Positions 10,607 to 19,599 of a stretch of 64,000 nucleotides of DNA are shown piece by piece (position 1 is the first letter of the stretch; each line of letters starts with the position of its first letter). The notes beneath the pieces are model-generated. The model worked only from the letters and a program-made list of their open reading frames with translations, made no database searches and was not told where the DNA came from. The DNA lies in contig CAVRCF010000001.1 of assembly GCA_963719505.1 (NCBI GenBank), forward strand, positions 32,001-96,000. Reading direction: 5' to 3'. The DNA comes from Halobacteriovoraceae bacterium (GTDB taxonomy: Bacteria > Bdellovibrionota > Bacteriovoracia > Bacteriovoracales > Bacteriovoracaceae). The position numbers were made by a program, and so were the translations under genes.

Positions 10607-10932
10607 CCCAAATCCGCGAGAATCTTTTCCACTGCTCTGACAATATCCCAAATCCGCGAGAATCTTTTCCACTGCTCTGACAATATTTTTTTCATTCGGC
10701 TCATTTTGAGTTCGCTGGTCCATAGAGGTCGCATAGTTGCGCCTTTTTTTTTGCTCTAGCTCTTTTTTTTCAATTCGGCTCATTTTAAACCCAAATCCGC
10801 GAGAATCTTTTCCACTGCTCTGACAATATTTTTTTCATTCGGCTCATTTTGAGTTCGCTGGTCCATAGAGGTCGCATAGTTGCGCCTTTTTTTTTGCTCT
10901 AGCTCTTTTTTTTCAATTCGGCTCATTTTAAA
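10607..10932. repeat. Tandem copies of the IS1380 right end (40 bp + 143 bp + 143 bp)
   Basis: Copies start at 10607, 10647 and 10790, each with CCCAAATCCGCGAGAATC; 10647-10789 is repeated at 10790-10932. Confidence 0.92.
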
Positions 10933-11228
10933 TCGCTATCTTTTTTTCCAACATCAAAATTTTCCGCGAGTAAACTCAAAACTCTCTTCAAAAAGCTCCC
11001 AGGTACTTTTTCATCTACTTATTTTGTCGCCAAAACAGCCATTCCCAAACCTTTATTCAAAAGTTGTCCCCTACTTCATTTCCATTCTCTATTTTCCTCC
11101 GATAAAAACACAACCTTTCTTCTCGAGCGTATGTTTTAACTACTCAAAGACGTACTCAAGGCGCACGTCTGCCTTGGTGGCAGTAGTTCAAGCTGGTTTA
11201 CAATATTCATTTTTCAAAGAACACGCGC

Positions 11229-12599
11229 TCAGGTTTGTAAACTAAACTTAAACAATAAATTTTTCATAATCCTGTTAAGCACCACCTCCTGTTTAAAGTA
11301 AATTCTTAACTTTAGTTTCCGAGCACTTCGGATCAACTGCCCCGCAATATTTATGACATGACTTCTAACACTCTTTGAAAAATATCCAAGCTGTTTTACA
11401 CGAATCCTTTCTCCACTTTTTCTATCTCGAACTGTTCGCCACTTCTCTTCCATGCAAAAAGAAATTACTCTCGTTAAATTATGTGCAAACGTTCCTACTA
11501 ATCCAAAAATTTTATTCGCTCTCAAACGACGACAAGGAAAGTTTAAAAAATCAAAGCCGTACTTTTGCTCTCGAATATAGCTCTCTGCTGTTGCTCTATC
11601 TTTATAAAACTCAAAAACTTCTTCATTGTTCATCTCTGAAAAACCAATGTTTGTTATGATAGAATAATGTCTATAGTCGTGTTCTTCAGGATTGTAATTC
11701 TTAAAGAGGTCTCGAGCCTCATTGATATCATCTACGCTCTTTCGGGCTCTAATAAAAACGACTCGCATCTCCCCTAAGCTTTTAATTGGGTAATGAGACA
11801 TCGCTATTTCACACTCTTTTGACTTGAAAAACTCAAGTTCTGTCTTCTCCCAATTCAACATATTTCGATTCTTCTTTCTAACATATCGACTTATATTATC
11901 CCTAAGAACTATTGCAAACTTTGCTCCTTTGGCTTGAAGAGCTTTATAAACTTCTTGCTTTCCATATGCGGAGTCTGCTCTAAACCATCTTTCTAAATGA
12001 CTTGGACAATTCTTAAAAATTTCATGCACCCAGCGCTCAGCATCTTTACCCGAATGAGTATTTCCAGGACGAAGATCGAACAAATAACTAAATCCAAATT
12101 GATCATAAGCATTTTGAGAATCAAGGCACCACATATTTTTATAGTTCCACGCCATCCCTTCCATATTTTTTCCGTAATGTTCATGAGGCGTAGAATCCAT
12201 TGAAAGAATAAACTTTATATCATCTGGAAACATCAAAGCTCTAAGCTCAAAAGTTAGCTCAACTAAAAATTCCTGTAATTTTTCAGCATGTCTATTTCCA
12301 AATGACTTTAAAAAATCACCTTGAGTCCTAGCTGCAACCTTCCCAGTAAGTTCTGCAAACAATGGATCTTTATTTGAATTATCAATATCAGAAAGACAAT
12401 CATTTCCAACAACAAACGAATAAAGTAGAGATTTAAACTTATCTAATTGAGTTGGACCTATGTTTTTCTTTTTGCGGGGCATCTTAGATTTGAGTCTTTT
12501 ATCTAGTTTTAGTTGCTTCCAGAGCTCTTCAAATAAAAATAGACCAGAATGAGAAGAGAATGTTTGAGAAGTTGATTCAATTTTGATAGTTTTGTACAT
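11229..12599 (-). CDS. IS1380-family DDE transposase
   Basis: SSHSGL, MDST, LRPGNTHSG, RADSAY, YxxRATAESYIREQK motifs; likely start ATG 12599. Confidence 0.92.
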   Translation of the reverse strand: MYKTIKIESTSQTFSSHSGLFLFEELWKQLKLDKRLKSKMPRKKKNIGPTQLDKFKSLLYSFVVGNDCLSDIDNSNKDPLFAELTGKVAARTQGDFLKSFGNRHAEKLQEFLVELTFELRALMFPDDIKFILSMDSTPHEHYGKNMEGMAWNYKNMWCLDSQNAYDQFGFSYLFDLRPGNTHSGKDAERWVHEIFKNCPSHLERWFRADSAYGKQEVYKALQAKGAKFAIVLRDNISRYVRKKNRNMLNWEKTELEFFKSKECEIAMSHYPIKSLGEMRVVFIRARKSVDDINEARDLFKNYNPEEHDYRHYSIITNIGFSEMNNEEVFEFYKDRATAESYIREQKYGFDFLNFPCRRLRANKIFGLVGTFAHNLTRVISFCMEEKWRTVRDRKSGERIRVKQLGYFSKSVRSHVINIAGQLIRSARKLKLRIYFKQEVVLNRIMKNLLFKFSLQT

Positions 12600-12913
12600 G
12601 GCAGTTCTTTTGCTAAAAAGCTTTTTTGGTTTGTTTTTTTTTGTTTGGCGATAAAAAGATATCAAAACAAAAAAGCTTTTTCTTTATGCAGGGCCGTAAA
12701 AAAAACACTTTTTTTTCAATTTTTGGGTGAATTTATCAAAATGATGAAAAGCCTTATTACGACTACTTGGAACGCACGATATTAGGTATCATCGTGCGCG
12801 GTTACGTTTCAACATACTTTCAACTATTACTAATCACTTACAAACACGTTGTGAGAAACTATCTAGGTCGAAGTCTTATACCTTTCAACTCATTCCATAT
12901 TATTTCACGAATA

Positions 12914-12943
12914 TGACTGATTTCTGACTGACCCTTGACTGAC
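12914..12943. repeat. Putative integrase arm-type sites (3x TGACTGA, 11-bp period)
   Basis: TGACTGA at 12914, 12925, 12936; homologous triplet at 25070/25081/25092. Confidence 0.6.
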
Positions 12944-13262
12944 TTCTTAAAATCGAAATTGCGGATTGTTAACCTTCAATTAATTTTCTGCGGCGTTTTA
13001 CCCCCCATTCAAGAAGCAAGGTCACCTTTAAAAATAGTTTTACTATTTATTTACTCATGTAAATTTTATTAGAAGGCTGTTCAAATACCTTTCTCTATAT
13101 GAAATATTTAAATTAGAAGAAGGATGTTCTGAAAAAAATAAAGTTTACTTATAAAACCCAAAGTTTCTAATAGACTATGAATTCAGTTCTTTATGACCAA
13201 TCAGTCTTAGAAATGTCACATTCAGTTCTCAGTGTAGATTTTTTATGGAGTAACTAAGCAAT

Positions 13263-13559
13263 TTACATAAGAGCTCTTAATATCCACCCTGAACCATGCC
13301 ACAAAGCAGAGCTAACAAGAGGGAATATAAAGATCAATATAATTAAAATACCTAACCCTTCGCTTACCTTATATCTCTTAGGGACTTTACCTGTCGCATA
13401 AATAATTAACACTATTGCTCCAACAGTAGAAATAAAGCCCCTGAAGATACTTACTAACATTTCCACATTTAAATTATTAGATAGAAAAAGCACAAACGAT
13501 AGTAAAACGACGAGAGCCGCAATACTTATAAGCCCATCTTTAATATCTTTGGATTTCAT
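13263..13559 (-). CDS. Small hypothetical membrane protein (3 TM)
   Basis: Hydrophobic ORF in island cargo. Confidence 0.6.
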   Translation of the reverse strand: MKSKDIKDGLISIAALVVLLSFVLFLSNNLNVEMLVSIFRGFISTVGAIVLIIYATGKVPKRYKVSEGLGILIILIFIFPLVSSALWHGSGWILRALM

Positions 13560-13627
13560 TATTGCTTAAGTAGTGATATCAAAATCAACCTTGAAATTTG
13601 TATAAACATAATTATCAGTCTCTCGGT

Positions 13628-13867
13628 TTAAGCAGCTGAATTTTCGCTTAACAGCTTTTTACCAATTGGTGAATTAGTTGGGACAAGAGTCTGACTGTCA
13701 CAAGCTCTACAGGCTTTATGTCGACTTGTCAGTCTCCAAATAGAGTAAATTACTCCCGGTATAATCATCATGATCCATAAAAAAATCTCAATTAAAAGGC
13801 TACCCTTGGTAATTGTTTTTGGTTTCCCAACAGTTCCGCAAGCTGAGCAAATTAATTCGTTAGCCAT
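13628..13867 (-). CDS. LITAF-like zinc-ribbon membrane protein
   Basis: CSAC-hydrophobic segment-CRAC; GGAG RBS. Confidence 0.7.
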   Translation of the reverse strand: MANELICSACGTVGKPKTITKGSLLIEIFLWIMMIIPGVIYSIWRLTSRHKACRACDSQTLVPTNSPIGKKLLSENSAA

Positions 13868-13898
13868 AAAGTCTCCTAATTAAGTTTTTGTTAATTAC

Positions 13899-13925
13899 TG
13901 CTCGGCTTAGAAATAAACACCTTTA
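13899..13925 (-). promoter_or_regulatory. Sigma28 (FliA)-like promoter
   Basis: Minus strand TAAA-N15-GCCGAGCA upstream of the 13867 start. Confidence 0.5.
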
Positions 13926-13977
13926 GTAACTTTCCAATAATTAAGAAAATGCTTTGGCCCCCAATTCAGTAGACACT

Positions 13978-14840
13978 TTAATTAGCACTCCGGTACTGGA
14001 GTGGACTCATCATCTTTAATGCTGAATGTGGTGCTATTTCATTATAATCCGCAAACCACTCTGGCAACATTTTTAAAACTGTTTCAGCATCCTTACAGTC
14101 TGCGAGATAAGCATAATCTCTTTTGATAGTGTGAACGAAAGATTCTGCCATTCCATTTGAAGAAGGGCTATATGGAGCTGTATAACATGTCAGAAGCCCT
14201 AAGTCTCTGGCCGCATTACGTGTGATGTTTGCTCGATAAATTGTTCCTCTATCTGTTAGCCATTGAATTTTATGTGGCGTCTCAACATCCTTAAATCTAT
14301 TTAAGACTGACTCGCTCATCAAATCTCGAATATCTGTTGCTTGAAGTGGTCGATCTTTGGCCACAAAACTTATTGCTTCCCTGTCCTTACAATCTAAGCT
14401 GAAAGCAACGTAAACTTTTTCTCCGTTAAAGCACTGAAGCTCAAATCCATCAGAGCACCAACGAGTATTTGAATGAAGAGTCATTACCTTTCCAGTTCCA
14501 GGATGCTTTTTTCTTGATGGATATTTTTTAAACAATAAATCGTTCATATCCATAACCCTATATATTCTTTTGCGATTAACAATCGCTTTGTTATGAAGAA
14601 CTCTTTCTCTATTAAGCATCGCTGTAATCCTCTTATATCCGTACGTTGGGCGTTTCTCTTTTAACTCCTTTATGGATTCTAATATTTCAGCATCATCTTT
14701 TTTCCTATATCTTTTCATTTCTAAGCCTTTTGATTTTTTATAAAAAGCTGCCCTTGATACTTTTAAATATCTACAGACGAGACTTACCTTGAATCGTTTT
14801 AACTTAACGATTTCTTTGGCAGCTTCTACTTTTCTTTTTT
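13978..14840 (-). CDS. IS3-family transposase OrfB (joined to OrfA by -1 frameshift)
   Basis: YGYKRI, WCSDG, LTDRG, SNGMAESF, YN..PHSAL; frame stays open upstream of ATG 14718 to the A-rich AAAAAAG site near 14834-14840. Confidence 0.9.
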
Positions 14841-15158
14841 GGGATTTTTTTTAAAGATCTCTACCGCTTCATTCAGAATTTCTTTTTCTAAAGAAAGGTC
14901 CCCGACAATCTTTTTGAGTCTTCGGATTTCTTCTTTTTGCTTTTCATTTTCTGAAATTAGCTCTGATTGAGAATGATTCATCTTTGGATTTTTGTCTGAC
15001 ATCTGTCTTTTCCATTGAGCTAGAGTTACTGGGTGTATGCCATGTTTTGTGGCAATACTGATCATTGAATTCTTTTGATCAAAGTACTCTGCTAAGATAG
15101 CACATTTTTGTTCTTTGCTAAAATGCTTACGTTTTTTCGGTGACTTAGTAGTCGTCAT
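14826..15158 (-). CDS. IS3-family transposase OrfA (HTH + coiled coil)
   Basis: RKHFSKEQK...IATKHGIHPVTLAQWKRQ, leucine-zipper tail. Confidence 0.9.
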   Translation of the reverse strand: MTTTKSPKKRKHFSKEQKCAILAEYFDQKNSMISIATKHGIHPVTLAQWKRQMSDKNPKMNHSQSELISENEKQKEEIRRLKKIVGDLSLEKEILNEAVEIFKKNPKKEK

Positions 15159-15254
15159 AACTTCCCCTTATTGGTTGGAAAAGTGTCTACTTGAAAAGGG
15201 GGTTACAAACAAAAAATTAATATCACTTTTACTGCAAAGCCCCGATAAGTAGCT

Positions 15255-15476
15255 ATGTTTAATAATTTTAAAGAAGTCATCAATTCATTAATAAAACGAG
15301 TCGACCACAATCAAGAAATTATTGAAAGCCAACAGGAGTTGATTCTCAAACTACAACAGCAGCTTGAGAAACTCAGAGGTGATTTAGTCTCAAATTCAGA
15401 GGAAATTAAACACCTCACGTTAATCTTAGAGAACCCTCATTTATTTATTAACCCTTTAATTGATAAAAAATCATAG
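15255..15476 (+). CDS. Small coiled-coil hypothetical protein
   Basis: ORF preceded by CCCGATAAG. Confidence 0.5.
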   Translation: MFNNFKEVINSLIKRVDHNQEIIESQQELILKLQQQLEKLRGDLVSNSEEIKHLTLILENPHLFINPLIDKKS

Positions 15477-15685
15477 TTGCTAAACAGACTCTAAAAAACA
15501 ATATTTTAAGTTTCACTTTAACACTAGAGAGTTAGTGCTTTGGAGAAATATATCTAGAGCGAAAGGTCTAAAGTAGGCAAATCAAAAAATTATAGTGAGT
15601 CCAAGCGGGCTGATGAACCGTGTGACCGTCTAATACATTACTTTGTATATAGCCACAAAACACGTTGAAATTAATTTATCTTAAG

Positions 15686-15712
15686 TAAAGCCTTACCAGT
15701 AAGTTCCGAAGA
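15686..15712 (+). promoter_or_regulatory. Sigma28 (FliA)-like promoter
   Basis: TAAA-N15-TCCGAAGA upstream of 15751. Confidence 0.5.
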
Positions 15713-15750
15713 GCTAATTATCTAATCTTTACAATTACTATGGAGGACAA

Positions 15751-16752
15751 ATGTTCTGGAAAAAAAAGAAACATAATGTTGAGCTTGAGCAAGCTGTCAA
15801 TGAAGTCTTAGTAGAGGCATTTGGTGGAGATATATTTGAAGTTAATAGCAAGCACATAGAAGCTATTATTGATAAAGCAAAGTTTAGCAACTCCCCCTTG
15901 CTTATCAAATTCCTTAAACTAAATTCTAAGAGCTATGCTAATGATTACAGCATTTACTTTGAATCAAAAGAAAGTCATGTAAGGCACCTTGTTATGAAAG
16001 AGGCTTGTTTATGCGAACAAGCTCACAACAGAGCAATTTCAATAAATAACCAAACATTGGAGATACAGCGAAAACTAGAATTAACTGAGGACTTCCAACT
16101 AAGTACGTCAGCTGACCAAACTTCACTAGAAAATGAAGCTCTTGATAGTTTCTCCAAGAGCCTAGGTAAATACACTTTTAATACTGGTGAATGCAAAGAG
16201 TATATAAAGGCATATTCTGAGGTTGAAAGCTTTTGGGGTACGGAAGAGCATAAGATCATTATTTCAAAACTAAAGGATGTAAACTTTAAGGTTTTTGACC
16301 TTGTGTTTGAACTCTTTGATAATGATCCAGTTGACTTGTCTCCACAACTTATTAAAGCGGGGTCATATATGGCCGAAGAAGCTAAAAAAGCTACAAAGAG
16401 TGGATGGGTAAAAAGAGGAATTGTTGATATCTCTGATAAAGAGTGGCTAAGCAAAAAGCTCAAAGTTGGAGAAATTAAAGAGATTCTTAAGTCTAAAGGC
16501 TTAACAGCTAAGGGAAAAAAAGATGACCTTCTGGTTACACTTACCCCTTCACTATCAATAGATGATCTTAGCAACTATATTGCCTTAAGAGATGTGTATA
16601 AAGTAAATGATGACATCCTATCAGAACTCGAATGGATCAAAGTAGCAAAGATGTATAATTACTCTAATGCTAGTGTCCAACTCATTCAGATCCACCTTAA
16701 CAATATGATTGACTCATTTATTGACTCGGAGGAAAGCAAGAAAGTTGCTTAG
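15751..16752 (+). CDS. SAP-domain-containing hypothetical protein
   Basis: LKVGEIKEILKSKGLTAKGKKDDLL matches the SAP motif; GGAGG RBS. Confidence 0.7.
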   Translation: MFWKKKKHNVELEQAVNEVLVEAFGGDIFEVNSKHIEAIIDKAKFSNSPLLIKFLKLNSKSYANDYSIYFESKESHVRHLVMKEACLCEQAHNRAISINNQTLEIQRKLELTEDFQLSTSADQTSLENEALDSFSKSLGKYTFNTGECKEYIKAYSEVESFWGTEEHKIIISKLKDVNFKVFDLVFELFDNDPVDLSPQLIKAGSYMAEEAKKATKSGWVKRGIVDISDKEWLSKKLKVGEIKEILKSKGLTAKGKKDDLLVTLTPSLSIDDLSNYIALRDVYKVNDDILSELEWIKVAKMYNYSNASVQLIQIHLNNMIDSFIDSEESKKVA

Positions 16753-16911
16753 AAAGTCAATTCGACCAACAAGATAAATGGACGATACTGTGATCAAAGC
16801 TTTAACAATGCAAAGAATAACTTCAATATTCTAATGAAGTAACGATGGCTTAGGCTGCTTTAATTGGCCTATATATTGCTTCTATTAAGATATCTATACG
16901 AAGGGGAATAT

Positions 16912-17343
16912 ATGAAATTTATTAAAGGTCTTTTTTCAAATTTTAAACAAACGGATGAGGAAAAGCTTAAAAAAGTCGAAGCTGCAATCAAGCCTCAGGT
17001 TGATCAGTACTTAAGTGATGCATTTGTATTATTAATGCCTATCGTTGCAAAATGTAACAAAAGCGAGCTTCCTAAAACTACCACTTCTTATGATTTATAT
17101 TGCTATTGGAGGACTTTGAGCCAAAAGAAAGTTAATGAAAGCCTTTCTTCCATTACAAAGCAAGTATTGGACTTTGGACTCGACCAAGCACTTTATAGCG
17201 TAGACTTAATTATACTGGCGACTTTAAGTGATACCAAGTTGAATAGCAGCTTAAAAACAGAAATTATTCATAAATCCTTACCAATACTTGGAGTAAAAGC
17301 TAAAGACTTCAATGATTTTATAAATATTTTAAATGTAGCCTGA
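16912..17343 (+). CDS. Hypothetical protein
   Basis: ATG 16912 with AGGGG RBS. Confidence 0.6.
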   Translation: MKFIKGLFSNFKQTDEEKLKKVEAAIKPQVDQYLSDAFVLLMPIVAKCNKSELPKTTTSYDLYCYWRTLSQKKVNESLSSITKQVLDFGLDQALYSVDLIILATLSDTKLNSSLKTEIIHKSLPILGVKAKDFNDFINILNVA

Positions 17344-17564
17344 GAATAATAAGCCTAGAGAGTTAAAATTAATCATTAATTATGCTTAAGGTTTTATCAC
17401 TTCACAGCAAGTTAGTAGTAAAGTCTAAAGTAGACTCTTTAGACTTTTAATAAATTTATGGAAGCTAAGTCAATCTTAATGCTCCATTACCTATAATGTA
17501 TAAAGACTATGTAATCCTTTCCTCTGTTCTTCAAAGTATATATAAATTCAGTTATTTATAAATC

Positions 17565-18398
17565 ATGCGAGAAAATAGCAAGACTTTACCATTAATTAAC
17601 GCCATCAAGATTTCTGAAGGTTTTACAGATCTACATAATGACTCCAACTCCTACTTGCATTGTATTATTGAGTGTTGTTTTAAGCTAGAAGTAAGTCTGT
17701 ACGTTTACACTAATGCTTACTTTAGAAGAGTTGACGATGACGACTGTGGAATTATAAATGAATATTCAGAGGAAGTTCAATTCCCACTCGAAAGTGGGGG
17801 CTTTAAATATATGAGGAAAGCACTTTACGCTTTAAATAGATTAGCAATCTTTGAAATTGCCCACAGGAAAATGCCTACCTTTGGGTTTGTAGATCTTTGG
17901 AGTGATGCTTTCATAGGAAAAACCATTACAAGTCAGAGGGTTGAGCCTTTTACAGGCATTTTGAATCTTAATGGAAAGCTAGGTATTCCATACTGTATAA
18001 GCACTAAGAAGCTTCAAAACTTTGAGTTCAGCTTGAATGATCTGTATATAAACATTAAAGATGTAGATAAAGTACTTTTAGAACTCAAAATCACTAAGAG
18101 TAGCCCCACTTTGTCGCTAGAAACCCAATCTACAGTTCCCACAGAGAACAATATCAAGCTAAAGGATGCCATTATTCATACCCTCCTTACACTAATTCAA
18201 TCTGATGCGAACGAAGAAAACTTAAGCATGAACTCTCATATAAGTACCGTTATAACTGACAGTTCTAAGAAAATTCAAGCAAGTAAAATCGCTGACTTGG
18301 TCAACTCAAATGCTATTAAGTATTTTGCGAACAAAGATCAATTTAAGTCATCAACCATAAGTAGAAAAATTAACAAGATATTGAAAGATTTCGAATAG
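17565..18398 (+). CDS. Hypothetical protein, possible C-terminal HTH
   Basis: 277-aa ORF upstream of rep; ends ASKIADLV...KSSTISRKI. Confidence 0.6.
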   Translation: MRENSKTLPLINAIKISEGFTDLHNDSNSYLHCIIECCFKLEVSLYVYTNAYFRRVDDDDCGIINEYSEEVQFPLESGGFKYMRKALYALNRLAIFEIAHRKMPTFGFVDLWSDAFIGKTITSQRVEPFTGILNLNGKLGIPYCISTKKLQNFEFSLNDLYINIKDVDKVLLELKITKSSPTLSLETQSTVPTENNIKLKDAIIHTLLTLIQSDANEENLSMNSHISTVITDSSKKIQASKIADLVNSNAIKYFANKDQFKSSTISRKINKILKDFE

Positions 18399-18487
18399 TC
18401 TGAATATTTATATATTTTAGAAAAATACCGTTTTTTTTATTTATTCAAATTTTAAAGACTAAGTTCCTCTCCAATCAAGGAGATGAA

Positions 18488-19393
18488 ATGAACCTCACAG
18501 CTATATTAAGCACTAAACTCACGTCAAAGAATATACAGCACTCTAATTATTCTGGCTTTATAGATAAGCTTGAATTGAATGCAAAAAGCTTAGAACTAAG
18601 TAAGAGTGACTTAATTTTGCATCTTAGATCTCAAAGTATTCTTTTTCAAGAAGCTTCATTTAGAAAGGGTGGCTTATGCTTAGAAATAACAACACCAATG
18701 AAAGTAAAGGTATACGCGAAGATAAACTATGTCTCTCAGTACATTTCTAAACTAATATTAAATCCAAGTTATTACGAAAACTACAAACAATTCTCTTCAG
18801 ATGCTTTATCTCTGTTCGGAAAGATTTCAACTATTGAATTACTTCCAGTGACTAGGCTTGATAAGTCATTAGATATTGCTTGTTCCTATGAACTAGTATC
18901 AAGAGGATTTGATATCAAAAATAAGAGGTCAGCTAATGCTTATCAATACAGCTCTGGCATAAATACTGGGATTGATATAGGTAAAACTCCAGAAGTAATG
19001 AAACTTTATGATACTTCCCTTAAAGCAAAACTCTCCTTTCCTTGTACTAGGCTAGAGGCATGCCTTACTCGCAATAAAATAAACATAGATAATATCTTTG
19101 AACTTCGACAGCTTTATAACAAAAACTCTAATTATGTTGACCATACATTTTCTAAAACTTCTTTTAACGACATTGAGTTTAGTAATACTAAATCTGAATC
19201 AACCACTAAACTCAGTATTCTATGTGATCACCTCCCCTACCTCTATGTTAGATGCAGGCTTAATCATCACGGTAACTTCCGTAGGGACTATGCAAAACTT
19301 CACATTTTAGTACCTTGGAGAGCGCAACCATCAATCATATTCAACACAGCAATGAGAAAATTTTTCAATGATAGTGCTTCGGGGAGGCAATAG
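18488..19393 (+). CDS. Rep_trans/gene II-X-like rolling-circle initiator (possibly inactive)
   Basis: IDKL, LNPS, TRLDKSLD, TG-x-x-IG, KLYD, TRLE motif order; adjacent to xis-int. Confidence 0.6.
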   Translation: MNLTAILSTKLTSKNIQHSNYSGFIDKLELNAKSLELSKSDLILHLRSQSILFQEASFRKGGLCLEITTPMKVKVYAKINYVSQYISKLILNPSYYENYKQFSSDALSLFGKISTIELLPVTRLDKSLDIACSYELVSRGFDIKNKRSANAYQYSSGINTGIDIGKTPEVMKLYDTSLKAKLSFPCTRLEACLTRNKINIDNIFELRQLYNKNSNYVDHTFSKTSFNDIEFSNTKSESTTKLSILCDHLPYLYVRCRLNHHGNFRRDYAKLHILVPWRAQPSIIFNTAMRKFFNDSASGRQ

Positions 19394-19599
19394 TGGCTAA
19401 TATGAAGAAGATCTTTGAAATTCAAAAATGGATGACTACAAAGGAAGCTGCTAATTATCTAAGAATGACTGAGAATGCATTTAGAATCTATGCTTCACGA
19501 TACAAGCTTGATGCTTACACATTGGGTGAAAAATCAGTTAGATATAAGACTTCCGACCTAGATAGACTCATGACCCTAAAAACTAGGAGTCACAAATGA
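19393..19599 (+). CDS. Excisionase-like HTH_17 protein
   Basis: WMTTKEAANYLR...VRYKTSDLD; coupled to integrase. Confidence 0.85.
   Translation: MANMKKIFEIQKWMTTKEAANYLRMTENAFRIYASRYKLDAYTLGEKSVRYKTSDLDRLMTLKTRSHK

Larger units (their letters stand above)
10607..12807 (-). mobile_element. IS1380-family insertion sequence with extra end segments
   Basis: IS1380 transposase; CC-starting ends CCCAAATCCGCG (10607/10790) and CCTAATATCGTGCG (minus strand from 12786); TTCAA duplicated at 10602-10606 and 12808-12812. Confidence 0.8.
13950..15211 (-). mobile_element. IS3-family (IS2-like) insertion sequence
   Basis: Imperfect IRs TGCTTTGGCCCCCAATTCAGTAGACACTT / TGTTTGTAACCCCCTTTTCAAGTAGACACTT; orfA/orfB layout; ends uncertain by a few bp. 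Confidence 0.85.

Noticed and set aside
10607-10932. CRISPR-like array
   Set aside because: No unique spacers; unit lengths are 40 and 143 bp and are whole duplications; no cas genes in the window
10289-11245. ORFs 10289-10759, 10427-10783 and 10880-11245
   Set aside because: They overlap the tRNA and IS-end repeats and have no protein features
15585-15700. Hammerhead ribozyme (CTGATGA...ACCGTGT/ACACGTT-GAAA)
   Set aside because: Core and stem II look plausible but stem I cannot be formed and stem III needs bulges in either topology
16023-16574. 183-aa antisense ORF (and similar shadow ORFs over recQ, cvrA, metG and 33601-35244)
   Set aside because: Antisense or alternate-frame shadows of well-supported genes
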